From: a virus
DNA: 64,000 nucleotides
Strand: one strand, 5' to 3'
Virus record (IMG/VR): IMGVR_UViG_3300029585_000037
Span: 1 to 64,000 of that record
The notes beneath the pieces were generated by a model. That model ran no database searches. It was not told where the DNA came from and saw only the letters and a list, made by a program, of their open reading frames with translations. How positions within the stretch are numbered: the stretch's first letter is position 1; each line of letters opens with the position of its first letter. Shown one piece after another: positions 54,231 through 62,798 of the stretch. Made by a program: the position numbers and the translations under genes.

Positions 54231-54251
54231 TTCCAATTAAATATATGAAAT

Positions 54252-54872
54252 ATGAAACCTATTCAACAAGACTACAGATATAATTTGTTTGTAATGTTTA
54301 ATGAATTAAAAAATGAATTCATAATGATTTTAAAATCAATAATAAGTTTTGCATTAAAACAACTTGTATTGATGCATAAAGGTAGTATCATGGTAAAATT
54401 TAAAAGCACATTGGTATTGTCTATAATGACAGCTGCTCCTGTAGGACTGTTTGAAACGCTAAGTAATTGGCTGATTGATAACAGTGCTTACATAGGCTTT
54501 GTCTTGTTTGCAATAGTTGTAGATCATATTTTAGGATCAGCAGTCCACCTTTGGGTGAAAAGAGATTTTAGCTTTAAGAAAAATATAATAGGTATTTTTG
54601 TAAAATTAGGACTTGTTTTTACAGTAGGTGTTTTATTTGAAGGCTTTCAATATATATATCCTGAAGATAATGTTATAACAGATTATCTTTCATTAATAAC
54701 GAGATTGATGGTTTTCTTATATCCAGCAGGTTCTGCATTTATGAATTGTGCAATATTAACAAAAGGCAAATTTCCACCGATAGGATGGATAAATAAAATA
54801 TCTAAGTTTAATCAGAATTTGAACGTAAGTGAGTTTAAAACTGATGGAGAAAAATCAGAAAATTATGACTAA
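54252..54872 (+). CDS. holin-like multi-pass membrane protein (start uncertain; Met 54390 possible)
   Basis: At least 4 hydrophobic helices; directly upstream of the amidase gene. Confidence 0.55.
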   Translation: MKPIQQDYRYNLFVMFNELKNEFIMILKSIISFALKQLVLMHKGSIMVKFKSTLVLSIMTAAPVGLFETLSNWLIDNSAYIGFVLFAIVVDHILGSAVHLWVKRDFSFKKNIIGIFVKLGLVFTVGVLFEGFQYIYPEDNVITDYLSLITRLMVFLYPAGSAFMNCAILTKGKFPPIGWINKISKFNQNLNVSEFKTDGEKSENYD

Positions 54873-55137
54873 TACTAGAAGGACAAGTAAAATAGAGAAA
54901 CTGGTAAATTTCTTGGTTTTAGTGAGTCTTTTATTGATATTACCAGCAGCTGTAATAGGAATGTATAATTCTTATGAAAATGCTAATAAGATTAAAAGCA
55001 TGCCAAAGGATTTTCCAATGCAACAAAAATTGGAAATGATTGAAAAATATGATAGAAATATCATTGTTGTAGATAGCTTAAAGAAACGTGTTAAAATTCT
55101 TGAACAAAAAGTAAAAGCTATAAATAATCAAAAATAA
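54865..55137 (+). CDS. single-pass membrane protein (holin/antiholin partner candidate)
   Basis: Met at 54865 overlaps the holin stop; TM LVNFLVLVSLLLILPAAVIGM. Confidence 0.5.
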   Translation: MTNTRRTSKIEKLVNFLVLVSLLLILPAAVIGMYNSYENANKIKSMPKDFPMQQKLEMIEKYDRNIIVVDSLKKRVKILEQKVKAINNQK

Positions 55138-55142
55138 TAGTT

Positions 55143-55679
55143 ATGAAAAGATTTGCAGTGTTAATAGGACATAGATCAAAAAGACAAGGTGCTTTTAGTG
55201 AAACATTACAACAATCAGAATTTCAATTTAATGAGCCTATTGCTGAAATGTTATCAGATGTAGCTGATATTTATTATAGACCTAATACTCCAGGTGTAAG
55301 TGAAACATATAGAGTTAAACAAGTGTTGAATAAGGTTAATAAAAAGAAATATGATTTAGTTGTAGAATTACATTTTGATAGTTTTTCAGACCAAAGAGCA
55401 AATGGCTGTTCTGCATTACACTACATAACTAATAGAAAAACAAAAGAATTAGCTCAATATTTTGTAAATGAAGTTAATTCCAGAATAGGCATAAGAAAAC
55501 GTAGTTTAATACCTATAAAATCAAGAAAACAAAGAGGTGGTACATTTATAATTCATTCAAAGGCAGATGCTATATTATTAGAGCCATTTTTCGGTAGTAA
55601 TAGAGATGATTGTTATAAAATAATGAATTGTAAAAGAGAATATGCTCAAATTATAAGAGATTTATTCAGCAAGGTTTAA
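55143..55679 (+). CDS. N-acetylmuramoyl-L-alanine amidase (Amidase_3-type endolysin)
   Basis: VLIGHRSKRQGA, LVVELHFDSFSD..ANGCSALHY, ADAILLEPFFGSNRDD follow the Amidase_3 zinc-ligand order (H, E, H). Confidence 0.7.
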   Translation: MKRFAVLIGHRSKRQGAFSETLQQSEFQFNEPIAEMLSDVADIYYRPNTPGVSETYRVKQVLNKVNKKKYDLVVELHFDSFSDQRANGCSALHYITNRKTKELAQYFVNEVNSRIGIRKRSLIPIKSRKQRGGTFIIHSKADAILLEPFFGSNRDDCYKIMNCKREYAQIIRDLFSKV

Positions 55680-55695
55680 TAAGTAAAATATTATC

Positions 55696-56118
55696 ATGAT
55701 TTTCATAGGTAACTTATTGAAAAAGTATTGGCCATACCTGCTTTTAGCAGGTGTTGTCATCTTCTTGGGTGTTAGATTATTTGATTCATCTAATGCTACA
55801 AAATTAGTAAAAAAAGAACTTGAAGAAGTTAAAGATGAAAAGAAAGTTCTACAGGAGTCTGAAGAATGTTTGATAGACTCATTAGAAGTTGTACAAGAAG
55901 AGTATAAACAGCTTGAAAAAGAAAAACAACAACTCTATAGAACGTATATTAAAACCAGAAATGAAATAGACGATAAAATCCAAAAAGATGAAGACAATAT
56001 TTCCAACATTGATTATATTCCTATTGATTCCATTCGCAGGTATCTGTCAGGATACAAATATAGTCCTCTCCCAAGAACAAGGAGTAGAAGTAACCAAAGG
56101 ACTACAGCAAGGCAGTGA
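55696..56118 (+). CDS. i-spanin-like protein (N-terminal TM plus coiled coil)
   Basis: TM YWPYLLLAGVVIFLGVRLF, then E/K-rich helix. Confidence 0.5.
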   Translation: MIFIGNLLKKYWPYLLLAGVVIFLGVRLFDSSNATKLVKKELEEVKDEKKVLQESEECLIDSLEVVQEEYKQLEKEKQQLYRTYIKTRNEIDDKIQKDEDNISNIDYIPIDSIRRYLSGYKYSPLPRTRSRSNQRTTARQ

Positions 56119-56422
56119 TCTCAAAGAAACTGTATTACAATTAGAAGATGCCTTAGCAGAGGCAGAAGCAATTATAGCTAAACAAAAAGAGCAATTATTG
56201 AAAAAAGATCATGAGATAAGTTTACTTAATCTTAGATTGGAAAATAATGCTAATCAAATAGCTAATCTAAATAGACAATTTGAACTTGAAGAAGCACTCT
56301 TGAAAGACCGATTGAGAAAGCGTTTTGGTTTTGGTTTAGCTTCAGGACTCAGTATAGGTGAAGAATTTAAGGTGCAACCATTTATAGGTGTAGGTGTAAC
56401 ATGGAATTTATTTAGGTTTTAA
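55988..56422 (+). CDS. o-spanin-like outer-membrane protein, overlapping the i-spanin-like gene out of frame
   Basis: Signal peptide MKTIFPTLIIFLLIPFAGIC-QD, coiled coil, C-terminal beta-signal-like GVGVTWNLFRF; 131-nt overlap. Confidence 0.5.
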   Translation: MKTIFPTLIIFLLIPFAGICQDTNIVLSQEQGVEVTKGLQQGSDLKETVLQLEDALAEAEAIIAKQKEQLLKKDHEISLLNLRLENNANQIANLNRQFELEEALLKDRLRKRFGFGLASGLSIGEEFKVQPFIGVGVTWNLFRF

Positions 56423-56655
56423 TGTCTAAGAAGCAAGATGAAATAAAGAAACAAAAGGCTAAAGAAAACAAAATCATTAAACAAAATCAAGAGATACTTA
56501 ATGATATTGTTAAAACTAAGCAACAACGTCATGTCAAAGTTCAAGACGAGCCTATATTTTCAAATATTTTGAAAGATTTTAGAGTTTCATATGCTAAAAC
56601 TGTAGTTATGAATTCTGCTAATGAAATACTTAAATATGTGAGGGATGAAGTTTAG
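56422..56655 (+). CDS. hypothetical protein
   Basis: 77-aa ORF, TAATG coupling. Confidence 0.45.
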   Translation: MSKKQDEIKKQKAKENKIIKQNQEILNDIVKTKQQRHVKVQDEPIFSNILKDFRVSYAKTVVMNSANEILKYVRDEV

Positions 56656-57547
56656 CATGAAACAAATAAATAAAATGATAGAGATTATCCAAAAAAATCA
56701 AGCGATTTTTATTGGTTCTCAATTAGGCTTAGAGTATTTATCAGATTATCAAATACAAGTCCTTAAAACTCACGGAATAGACTTAAAAGACTTTGAAAAT
56801 ATATCTGATTTGGAAAAATCTTACTATTTCGGAATGTTTGCACAAGCATTAGGTGGAACAAAATCATTTAAGGCTAAGAAAAAAGATTTTGATAAATGGT
56901 TAAAAAAGGAATTGGAAACACCTTTAAGTCCTACAAAACAATCTGCATTAGAATATCTTAAAAATAGAACTTTTACAGATATATCTGGATTAGGTAACAA
57001 ATTTTCTACAAATTTTTCTAATAGAATTTTAACAGCATCTGTAGCTAAGCAAAATAAATTACAAAAGAAGATTAAAAAGAAAACTATACAGGCTGTAAAA
57101 GATAATTCTACTGTACAAGAACTTGCTTCAGAATTAAGAGAAATGACTGAAGATTGGGCAAGAGATTTTTCCAGAATATCAGATTATGTCTTACAAGAAG
57201 CATATGGATTTGGAAGAGCACAACAAATTATAGAAGATTATGGTGAAGATGTTTTAGTATATAAGCAGACTTTTCCAGGTGTTTGTAAACCTTGCGAAAA
57301 GAATTATGGAACACCAGGTGAAAAACCAGTAATTTATAAATTAACAGATTTATTAAAAAATGGAAATAATATAGGTCGTAAGGAACAATTACCAGTTGTA
57401 GGTAATGCACATCCTTGGGCCAGAAGTATATTGCATCCTATACCACCTAATAGTAAATGGGATGATGAAAAGAAACAGTTTGTTTTGAAGCGTAATACTA
57501 AAGGTGTAAAACGTAAAAGCAAAGTTAAGATTAAAATAACGGAATAA
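56645..57547 (+). CDS. MuF/SPP1 gp7-like minor head (head morphogenesis) protein
   Basis: C-terminal VCKPCEKNYG...GNAHPWARSILHPIP parallels the C..C...G...HPNCRC motif region (degenerate). Confidence 0.45.
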   Translation: MKFSMKQINKMIEIIQKNQAIFIGSQLGLEYLSDYQIQVLKTHGIDLKDFENISDLEKSYYFGMFAQALGGTKSFKAKKKDFDKWLKKELETPLSPTKQSALEYLKNRTFTDISGLGNKFSTNFSNRILTASVAKQNKLQKKIKKKTIQAVKDNSTVQELASELREMTEDWARDFSRISDYVLQEAYGFGRAQQIIEDYGEDVLVYKQTFPGVCKPCEKNYGTPGEKPVIYKLTDLLKNGNNIGRKEQLPVVGNAHPWARSILHPIPPNSKWDDEKKQFVLKRNTKGVKRKSKVKIKITE

Positions 57548-57553
57548 TTTATT

Positions 57554-58219
57554 ATGGCTAAGAAAAAACAAAAGCAAGATTTATTGCTTATCCAACCTCA
57601 TTCAGATGATATAATATTTAGTGCAAGTTATTTTCTATTTAATAGAGAAAAATATGGTAAGGTTACTATGTTAACTATTGAATATGATGAAAAAAGACTT
57701 GAAGAAGATGCAAAACTTTGTGAGATGTTCGACATGAAATTACTCACAATAAAAACAAAGGTTGATTCAAAAGGGTATCATAAAGAATATTATGCTGACC
57801 GTAAGAAAATAGATGATGATAGTGCTTGGGAATTTTGTTTATCTAAATTAGGTAAAAAGAAAATGAACAAAATGATCAATGATATTGATAGAGTATTAGA
57901 CAAATATTCTGATAGAACTATTGTTACTTGCATGGGAGTTGGCCATCCTTTTCATTGGTTAATTACTCTGCTTACTTCAGAAGATGCAGACCTCTTCTAC
58001 AGAGATTTTCCTCATAGTTATAAAAGACGTAATCAAGAATATCTAAAGTTAGTTCAACAAGAAAATTTTAAACCTAATTTTGAATTTTTTGATAAAGAAT
58101 TACATGATAAGAAGTTTGATATTGTAAAACAAATTTACAAGTCTCAATCATCCTTATTATTCTTTGAGAAACGATACATTGAGAAATTACTACCAGAAGA
58201 GTTTTATGAAAAAAGATAA
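57554..58219 (+). CDS. PIG-L/LmbE-family deacetylase-like protein
   Basis: LLIQPHSDDIIFSA (cf. PHPDD) and GVGHPFHWLI (cf. HPDH). Confidence 0.5.
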   Translation: MAKKKQKQDLLLIQPHSDDIIFSASYFLFNREKYGKVTMLTIEYDEKRLEEDAKLCEMFDMKLLTIKTKVDSKGYHKEYYADRKKIDDDSAWEFCLSKLGKKKMNKMINDIDRVLDKYSDRTIVTCMGVGHPFHWLITLLTSEDADLFYRDFPHSYKRRNQEYLKLVQQENFKPNFEFFDKELHDKKFDIVKQIYKSQSSLLFFEKRYIEKLLPEEFYEKR

Positions 58220-59633
58220 AAAATTAAAAATACGCATTTGTACATTCGATATTGCTAAATATGGAGGTATAGTGCAGAATGTAGAAAGTCGTGTGAAGGC
58301 TTTTAAGGAATTAGGTCATGATGTAGATATAATATTTCTTACATATTCTAAGACCTTAGCTCAATCTCAATATGAGCGTAAATTAGCAAGTTTAGAAAGT
58401 GGTGAATTTCAAGCTACAAAAGATAATAAAAGCCAATATGGTGGATATACTAAGTCTGAGATAACAGGATATTGGAGAAATTCTTATTATGGTTGGTTAT
58501 TGCCACCTGAGACTAACAGAATACCAGTATTTCATGAAGATGCCTTAGAAATGTGGCATAATGCTGTAGATGATGCTGATTTATTATTTTGGAGTTTTAT
58601 GCCTACAAAAACTAAAGAAGCAAAAGGATTTGATTTTTGGCCAAAATTCTTTGATTTACCTAAGTCTATAAGACAAGTCATGGCAGTTCATGATGGTTAT
58701 TTTGATATAAGAAGTTCTTGGGTAAGATATTTAGCTAAAAAGATAACTTACTTAGATTGCGTACATGTATCTGCTTATAATTCTGTTCAGAATGTGAAGA
58801 TACCAAGATATTTGAATTTTGCAAGTAGATATATACCAGATAATTTTCCATATAAGGATATAAATGATAGACCAGTAGATTTTTTTGCTGCTCATGTATT
58901 TAAGTCTATGAAGAAAATGGAAGATATATTAGCATTAACACCTTATTTAGAAGATAGCACTGTTTGGATAGGTGGTTCTGGTATAGAATTATACTATATG
59001 ATGGCTAAAGATGATGTTAAGCCTAAATATACTGTTTCTGAAAAGACTGATCCAGATTGTAAAAAGAAACATATTGGAATGAGTCTGTGGGATAGGGCAG
59101 TAAAGTATGGTATGGAACACATGGGTTTCATGTCTAATGAAGATGTTTATTTCACCTTACAAAATGCAAAATTTGCAATAGACCCAAGTTTTAGTAAACA
59201 TTATGCTCAGTATTCTAATACGCATTTAAATGGCTTTACGATAGAAGCAATAATAAATGGTTGCTATCCTGTATTACGTGATACTACTGGTTTAGTACCA
59301 CCTGCAGTAGAAATAGATGATATTATATACGATGAGTTAAAAGCTATATATGTCCCATGGGATGCTACTCCTAAAGAATTTGCTAAAATATTGAATAAGG
59401 CTAAAAATATGTCATCTAAGAAATACAAAAAGGATGTAAAACATAATTTTGAATTAGCTAAGAGATTATTTGATCCAAACAAAAATATGCAATCAGTCAT
59501 AGACATAGCATTTTCAAAAAAGAAATTAAAGAAACTTAAAAAAGGTGAAAATTCAGACAAAGTAATCAAAGACAGTGAAAAGGTAATGACTGAATTTTTC
59601 AATTGTCAAGTTCCAATAATTTGGAGTGAATAA
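58206..59633 (+). CDS. Glycosyltransferase (GT-B, group-1-like)
   Basis: Met at 58206; KIRICTFDIAKYGGIVQNVESRVKAFKELGHDVDII N-terminal GT4-like start; GFTIEAIINGCYPVLRD nucleotide-sugar motif region. Confidence 0.6.
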   Translation: MKKDKKLKIRICTFDIAKYGGIVQNVESRVKAFKELGHDVDIIFLTYSKTLAQSQYERKLASLESGEFQATKDNKSQYGGYTKSEITGYWRNSYYGWLLPPETNRIPVFHEDALEMWHNAVDDADLLFWSFMPTKTKEAKGFDFWPKFFDLPKSIRQVMAVHDGYFDIRSSWVRYLAKKITYLDCVHVSAYNSVQNVKIPRYLNFASRYIPDNFPYKDINDRPVDFFAAHVFKSMKKMEDILALTPYLEDSTVWIGGSGIELYYMMAKDDVKPKYTVSEKTDPDCKKKHIGMSLWDRAVKYGMEHMGFMSNEDVYFTLQNAKFAIDPSFSKHYAQYSNTHLNGFTIEAIINGCYPVLRDTTGLVPPAVEIDDIIYDELKAIYVPWDATPKEFAKILNKAKNMSSKKYKKDVKHNFELAKRLFDPNKNMQSVIDIAFSKKKLKKLKKGENSDKVIKDSEKVMTEFFNCQVPIIWSE

Positions 59634-59680
59634 TTTTTCTACAGCTATTATTTGGGTAAATAAATTTATTTTACCTGAAT

Positions 59681-61159
59681 ATGAAAACATCTGAAGAATT
59701 AGACAACATATTGACCAAAGCAAGGCAAGTTGGAGATACAAAAGTAGGTAAAGACGGACAAACGAGATACTGGACAGAAATTAAACCAGGCAAATTCGAC
59801 TGGAGAAAAACACCTCCAAAAGGCATGAAGTCTCAGAGTTCAGAAGAGCCTAAAAAACAAACTAAGTACGATAAATTAAAAAGTCATCTGAAGAATACCA
59901 CTTCAGATAAATTACGTAAATTCGCATCTGGAGACCGAAATGATCCAAATTTGAGACAATATGCTTTTGATGAATTAAAATCAAGAGGTGAAGATGTTTC
60001 AGACATAGATTTGAATACTGGTAATTATGGAGCTTTAAAGGAAGCATTTAAAACAGATGACAACGTTGAAGACTTTAATCCAGAAGCAACAGGTGATGTA
60101 GAATTAGTAGATGATTGGAAAGATCCAGAATTCATTAAAAAGAATTTCGGTAATTTAAAGACTAAGCAACAGCGTATAGAATACGATGATTTTGCTTATA
60201 AACAAAAAATCAATAGTCCAAGATATAAATCACCACAAAAAGAGATACATTCATTAAATAAAATGTATGCTCAATTCTTAGGTTCAAAATCACCATTAAT
60301 GATTGCGTCTGGTGGTGCAGGTGTAGGTAAAACTTATAATTTACATCTTGTAGCTAAGGCTATGAAGATGGAACAATTTGATCCTGCAAAACATACTGCT
60401 GTTAATCCAACTTTTGCTGAAAAAATAGAAGAGGGTGAAGAAGATTATTATGACGAGCCAAATACGAGTTATGATTATGTTGAAGTGCCTGAAGTAAAGT
60501 CCCCACTACAGTTAGTACAATTACTTAAAGAACATAATGGTAAAACATTAGTGTTTGATGATACAGACAATATACTTAAAGACCCAGACTCATTAGGTAT
60601 AATGAAGAAAGCTACTGCATCATCTGGAAAACGTATAGTTGGTAAGAAGTCTTCAAATGAAAAGACAAATATTGACCCATTTGAATTTACTGGTAAAATT
60701 CTATTCCTATCTAATATGGGTCAACATGAATTTACAAAAAATGAACATCTTAATGCTATTTATTCAAGAGCATTGAAAAAAGATATTTATTTCACAAAAC
60801 AAGAACAACTTCATTTTATAGATAAGTTAAAACATAAATTTGAATTCACTGGTATTCCAAGACTTGAAGACAAAGAAGAGGATATCAAAGAACGTGAAGA
60901 AGTATTTAACTTATTAAAAGATAACATAGACGCTATTGATCCAGGCAAATTTAATGTTAGATCAATGAAAGAAGCATTAGAAGTTAAACGTGCTAATGAT
61001 AATGCTATACAAATAACAAAAGATAATCCAGTAATTGGAGAAATGTTATTCGGTAACACAGAAGAGGACTGGAAAGAAGATGTTATAGATTTCTTGGTTA
61101 AAGGCTATGTTCCTAAGCAGCAAAAAATCAGCAAGGCGATGCGTTCAAGCATATTGTAA
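59681..61159 (+). CDS. P-loop NTPase with N-terminal shared basic module
   Basis: N-terminus MKTSEELDNILTKARQVGDTKVGKDGQTRYWTEIKPGKFDWRK; Walker A ASGGAGVGKTYNL, Walker B TLVFDDTDN. Confidence 0.6.
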   Translation: MKTSEELDNILTKARQVGDTKVGKDGQTRYWTEIKPGKFDWRKTPPKGMKSQSSEEPKKQTKYDKLKSHLKNTTSDKLRKFASGDRNDPNLRQYAFDELKSRGEDVSDIDLNTGNYGALKEAFKTDDNVEDFNPEATGDVELVDDWKDPEFIKKNFGNLKTKQQRIEYDDFAYKQKINSPRYKSPQKEIHSLNKMYAQFLGSKSPLMIASGGAGVGKTYNLHLVAKAMKMEQFDPAKHTAVNPTFAEKIEEGEEDYYDEPNTSYDYVEVPEVKSPLQLVQLLKEHNGKTLVFDDTDNILKDPDSLGIMKKATASSGKRIVGKKSSNEKTNIDPFEFTGKILFLSNMGQHEFTKNEHLNAIYSRALKKDIYFTKQEQLHFIDKLKHKFEFTGIPRLEDKEEDIKEREEVFNLLKDNIDAIDPGKFNVRSMKEALEVKRANDNAIQITKDNPVIGEMLFGNTEEDWKEDVIDFLVKGYVPKQQKISKAMRSSIL

Positions 61160-61163
61160 TTTA

Positions 61164-61174
61164 CAGTTATAATT
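61164..61174 (+). promoter_or_regulatory. CAGTTATAATT post-stop box
   Basis: 4 nt after the TAA at 61157-61159; 21 nt upstream of the protease-scaffold ATG. Confidence 0.3.
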
Positions 61175-61195
61175 TTAACATATTATATTTAACAA

Positions 61196-62746
61196 ATGAG
61201 TAAATTCAAATTTTATACACCAGTCGAAATTCGTAAGGCTAAAGATAAGGATGGAAATCATATCATGCGTCTTGGTGGAATAGCATCTACAATGGATGAA
61301 GACTCAGATGGTGAATTCTTAGACCCATCTGGATTTGAAATAACAGAATTTGAAACTGTTGGTGTAGTTAATTGGCATCATCAGGCAAAAGATAAGCCTT
61401 CAACAATAATTGGTGAACCAGCAGTAGCTGAGATACGTAAAGATGGTTTCTATGTAGAGACAGATTTATATCCATCTTCAGCAACAGCTCAAGAAGTATA
61501 TGAATTAGCTGAAGTGCTTGAAAGAGATAGTAAGACCAGAAGATTAGGATATTCAATTGAAGGAGTGGTATTAGAACGTGCGAGTGATGATAAAACTCAT
61601 CCTGATTATAAGATAGTTAAGAAAGCTCAAATAACTGGTTTAGCTATCACACATATGCCTAAGAATGCTAATACTTTTGCACAAATAATCAAAGGTCATG
61701 TAGATAATATAGATTGTTGTGATGAGGATGAAGAAGATACTGAAAAATCATTATCTACAGAGTCAGGAGCAGCTTTAATGCCTGAATCAGTTGATGGTTC
61801 TAAAAAGAAAAAAGACATAGATAATGTTAAGTTAGTTAAGTCTAATTATAATGTTGTCCAATTATCTGAAAAATTAATGTATAAGAGGATTTTCGATACA
61901 TTTTCAGATATTAACATACAGAAAGCAAAGAAAATCTTTACATTTTTAACTAAAATTAATGACGTTATGGCAAAAAATAAGGTATCAGATGCCGATTTAC
62001 AGAAAGCTATGTCATACTTTGGGTTTGAAGATAATGACCAAAATCCGTTTTTGGAAAAGTCTGATAAGTCAGAGGACAAATCACCAGATGAAATTGCTGA
62101 CGAAGTCGAGCAAATGACTTATGGCGATGACAACAATGACAAAGATAGCGAAGACAAAGAAGATGATAACGTAGAAAAAGGTCAATCATCTTCTGAAGAC
62201 GACAAGAAAATTGCTAAAAGTAAAGATAATACTGAACTTGATAATTTATCAAAAGGTACAGTACTTATCTTGAAGAAAGCAATAGAGAAAGCTCAAACCA
62301 GTAATTCTACTGAGAATAAGGCTTTAGCTACACTTGTAAAAGCTCAGTTAGACCAAAATGAAATCTTAAAATCTAAGGTAGAAAGTTTAAGTGAAGTTGT
62401 TGAATCACAACAAGAACTTATTAAAGGTCAACAAGAGACCATATCTTCTATCTCATCTAAGATGGAAAGAATGGGAAGAGCACCACGAGCAAGAAAATCT
62501 ATTACGAAAGGGTACACTGAAAAAGAGTCATTCCAGAAAGGTAAACAAGCACCTCAAGGGAATGTTCTATCTATGACTAAGAATTATGGACAAGTTCTTG
62601 AAGTATTAGATGCAGCATCTATGAGTAAGGGTGGTTATGATGAAGAATTTGGAAAGGCTGTTATGTCTTTTGAATCTTCTAAAACATTACCATCTAATGT
62701 TATTGCTCGATTAAAAACAGAAAAAGGATTAGTAATTGTAGATTAA
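61196..62746 (+). CDS. prohead protease fused to scaffold-like acidic/coiled-coil C-terminal half
   Basis: N-terminus MRLGGIASTMDEDSDGEFLDPSGF..VNWHHQ..GYSIEG resembles prohead serine protease starts; the C-terminal 300 aa are D/E/K/S-rich helical; directly upstream of the capsid gene. Confidence 0.5.
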   Translation: MSKFKFYTPVEIRKAKDKDGNHIMRLGGIASTMDEDSDGEFLDPSGFEITEFETVGVVNWHHQAKDKPSTIIGEPAVAEIRKDGFYVETDLYPSSATAQEVYELAEVLERDSKTRRLGYSIEGVVLERASDDKTHPDYKIVKKAQITGLAITHMPKNANTFAQIIKGHVDNIDCCDEDEEDTEKSLSTESGAALMPESVDGSKKKKDIDNVKLVKSNYNVVQLSEKLMYKRIFDTFSDINIQKAKKIFTFLTKINDVMAKNKVSDADLQKAMSYFGFEDNDQNPFLEKSDKSEDKSPDEIADEVEQMTYGDDNNDKDSEDKEDDNVEKGQSSSEDDKKIAKSKDNTELDNLSKGTVLILKKAIEKAQTSNSTENKALATLVKAQLDQNEILKSKVESLSEVVESQQELIKGQQETISSISSKMERMGRAPRARKSITKGYTEKESFQKGKQAPQGNVLSMTKNYGQVLEVLDAASMSKGGYDEEFGKAVMSFESSKTLPSNVIARLKTEKGLVIVD

Positions 62747-62795
62747 CAGTTATTAATTGTTTGTAAAATGAATATATTAACAATAAAAACGATTT
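62747..62795 (+). promoter_or_regulatory. CAGTTATTAAT box plus AATAAAAACGATTT leader motif upstream of capsid gene
   Basis: Box immediately follows the TAA at 62744-62746; the 14-mer at 62782-62795 is identical to 347-360. Confidence 0.35.
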
Positions 62796-62798
62796 AAT

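Noticed and set aside
1175-62189. All minus-strand ORFs in the track (for example 1175-1378, 4568-4786, 9701-10036, 11376-11741, 21818-22162, 33990-34262, 59264-59602)
   Set aside because: Each lies entirely antisense to a longer + strand gene with recognisable motifs or coupled starts and stops. Their products are low-complexity S/L/F/I-rich mirror translations of AT-rich coding DNA. No minus-strand ORF sits in an intergenic gap.
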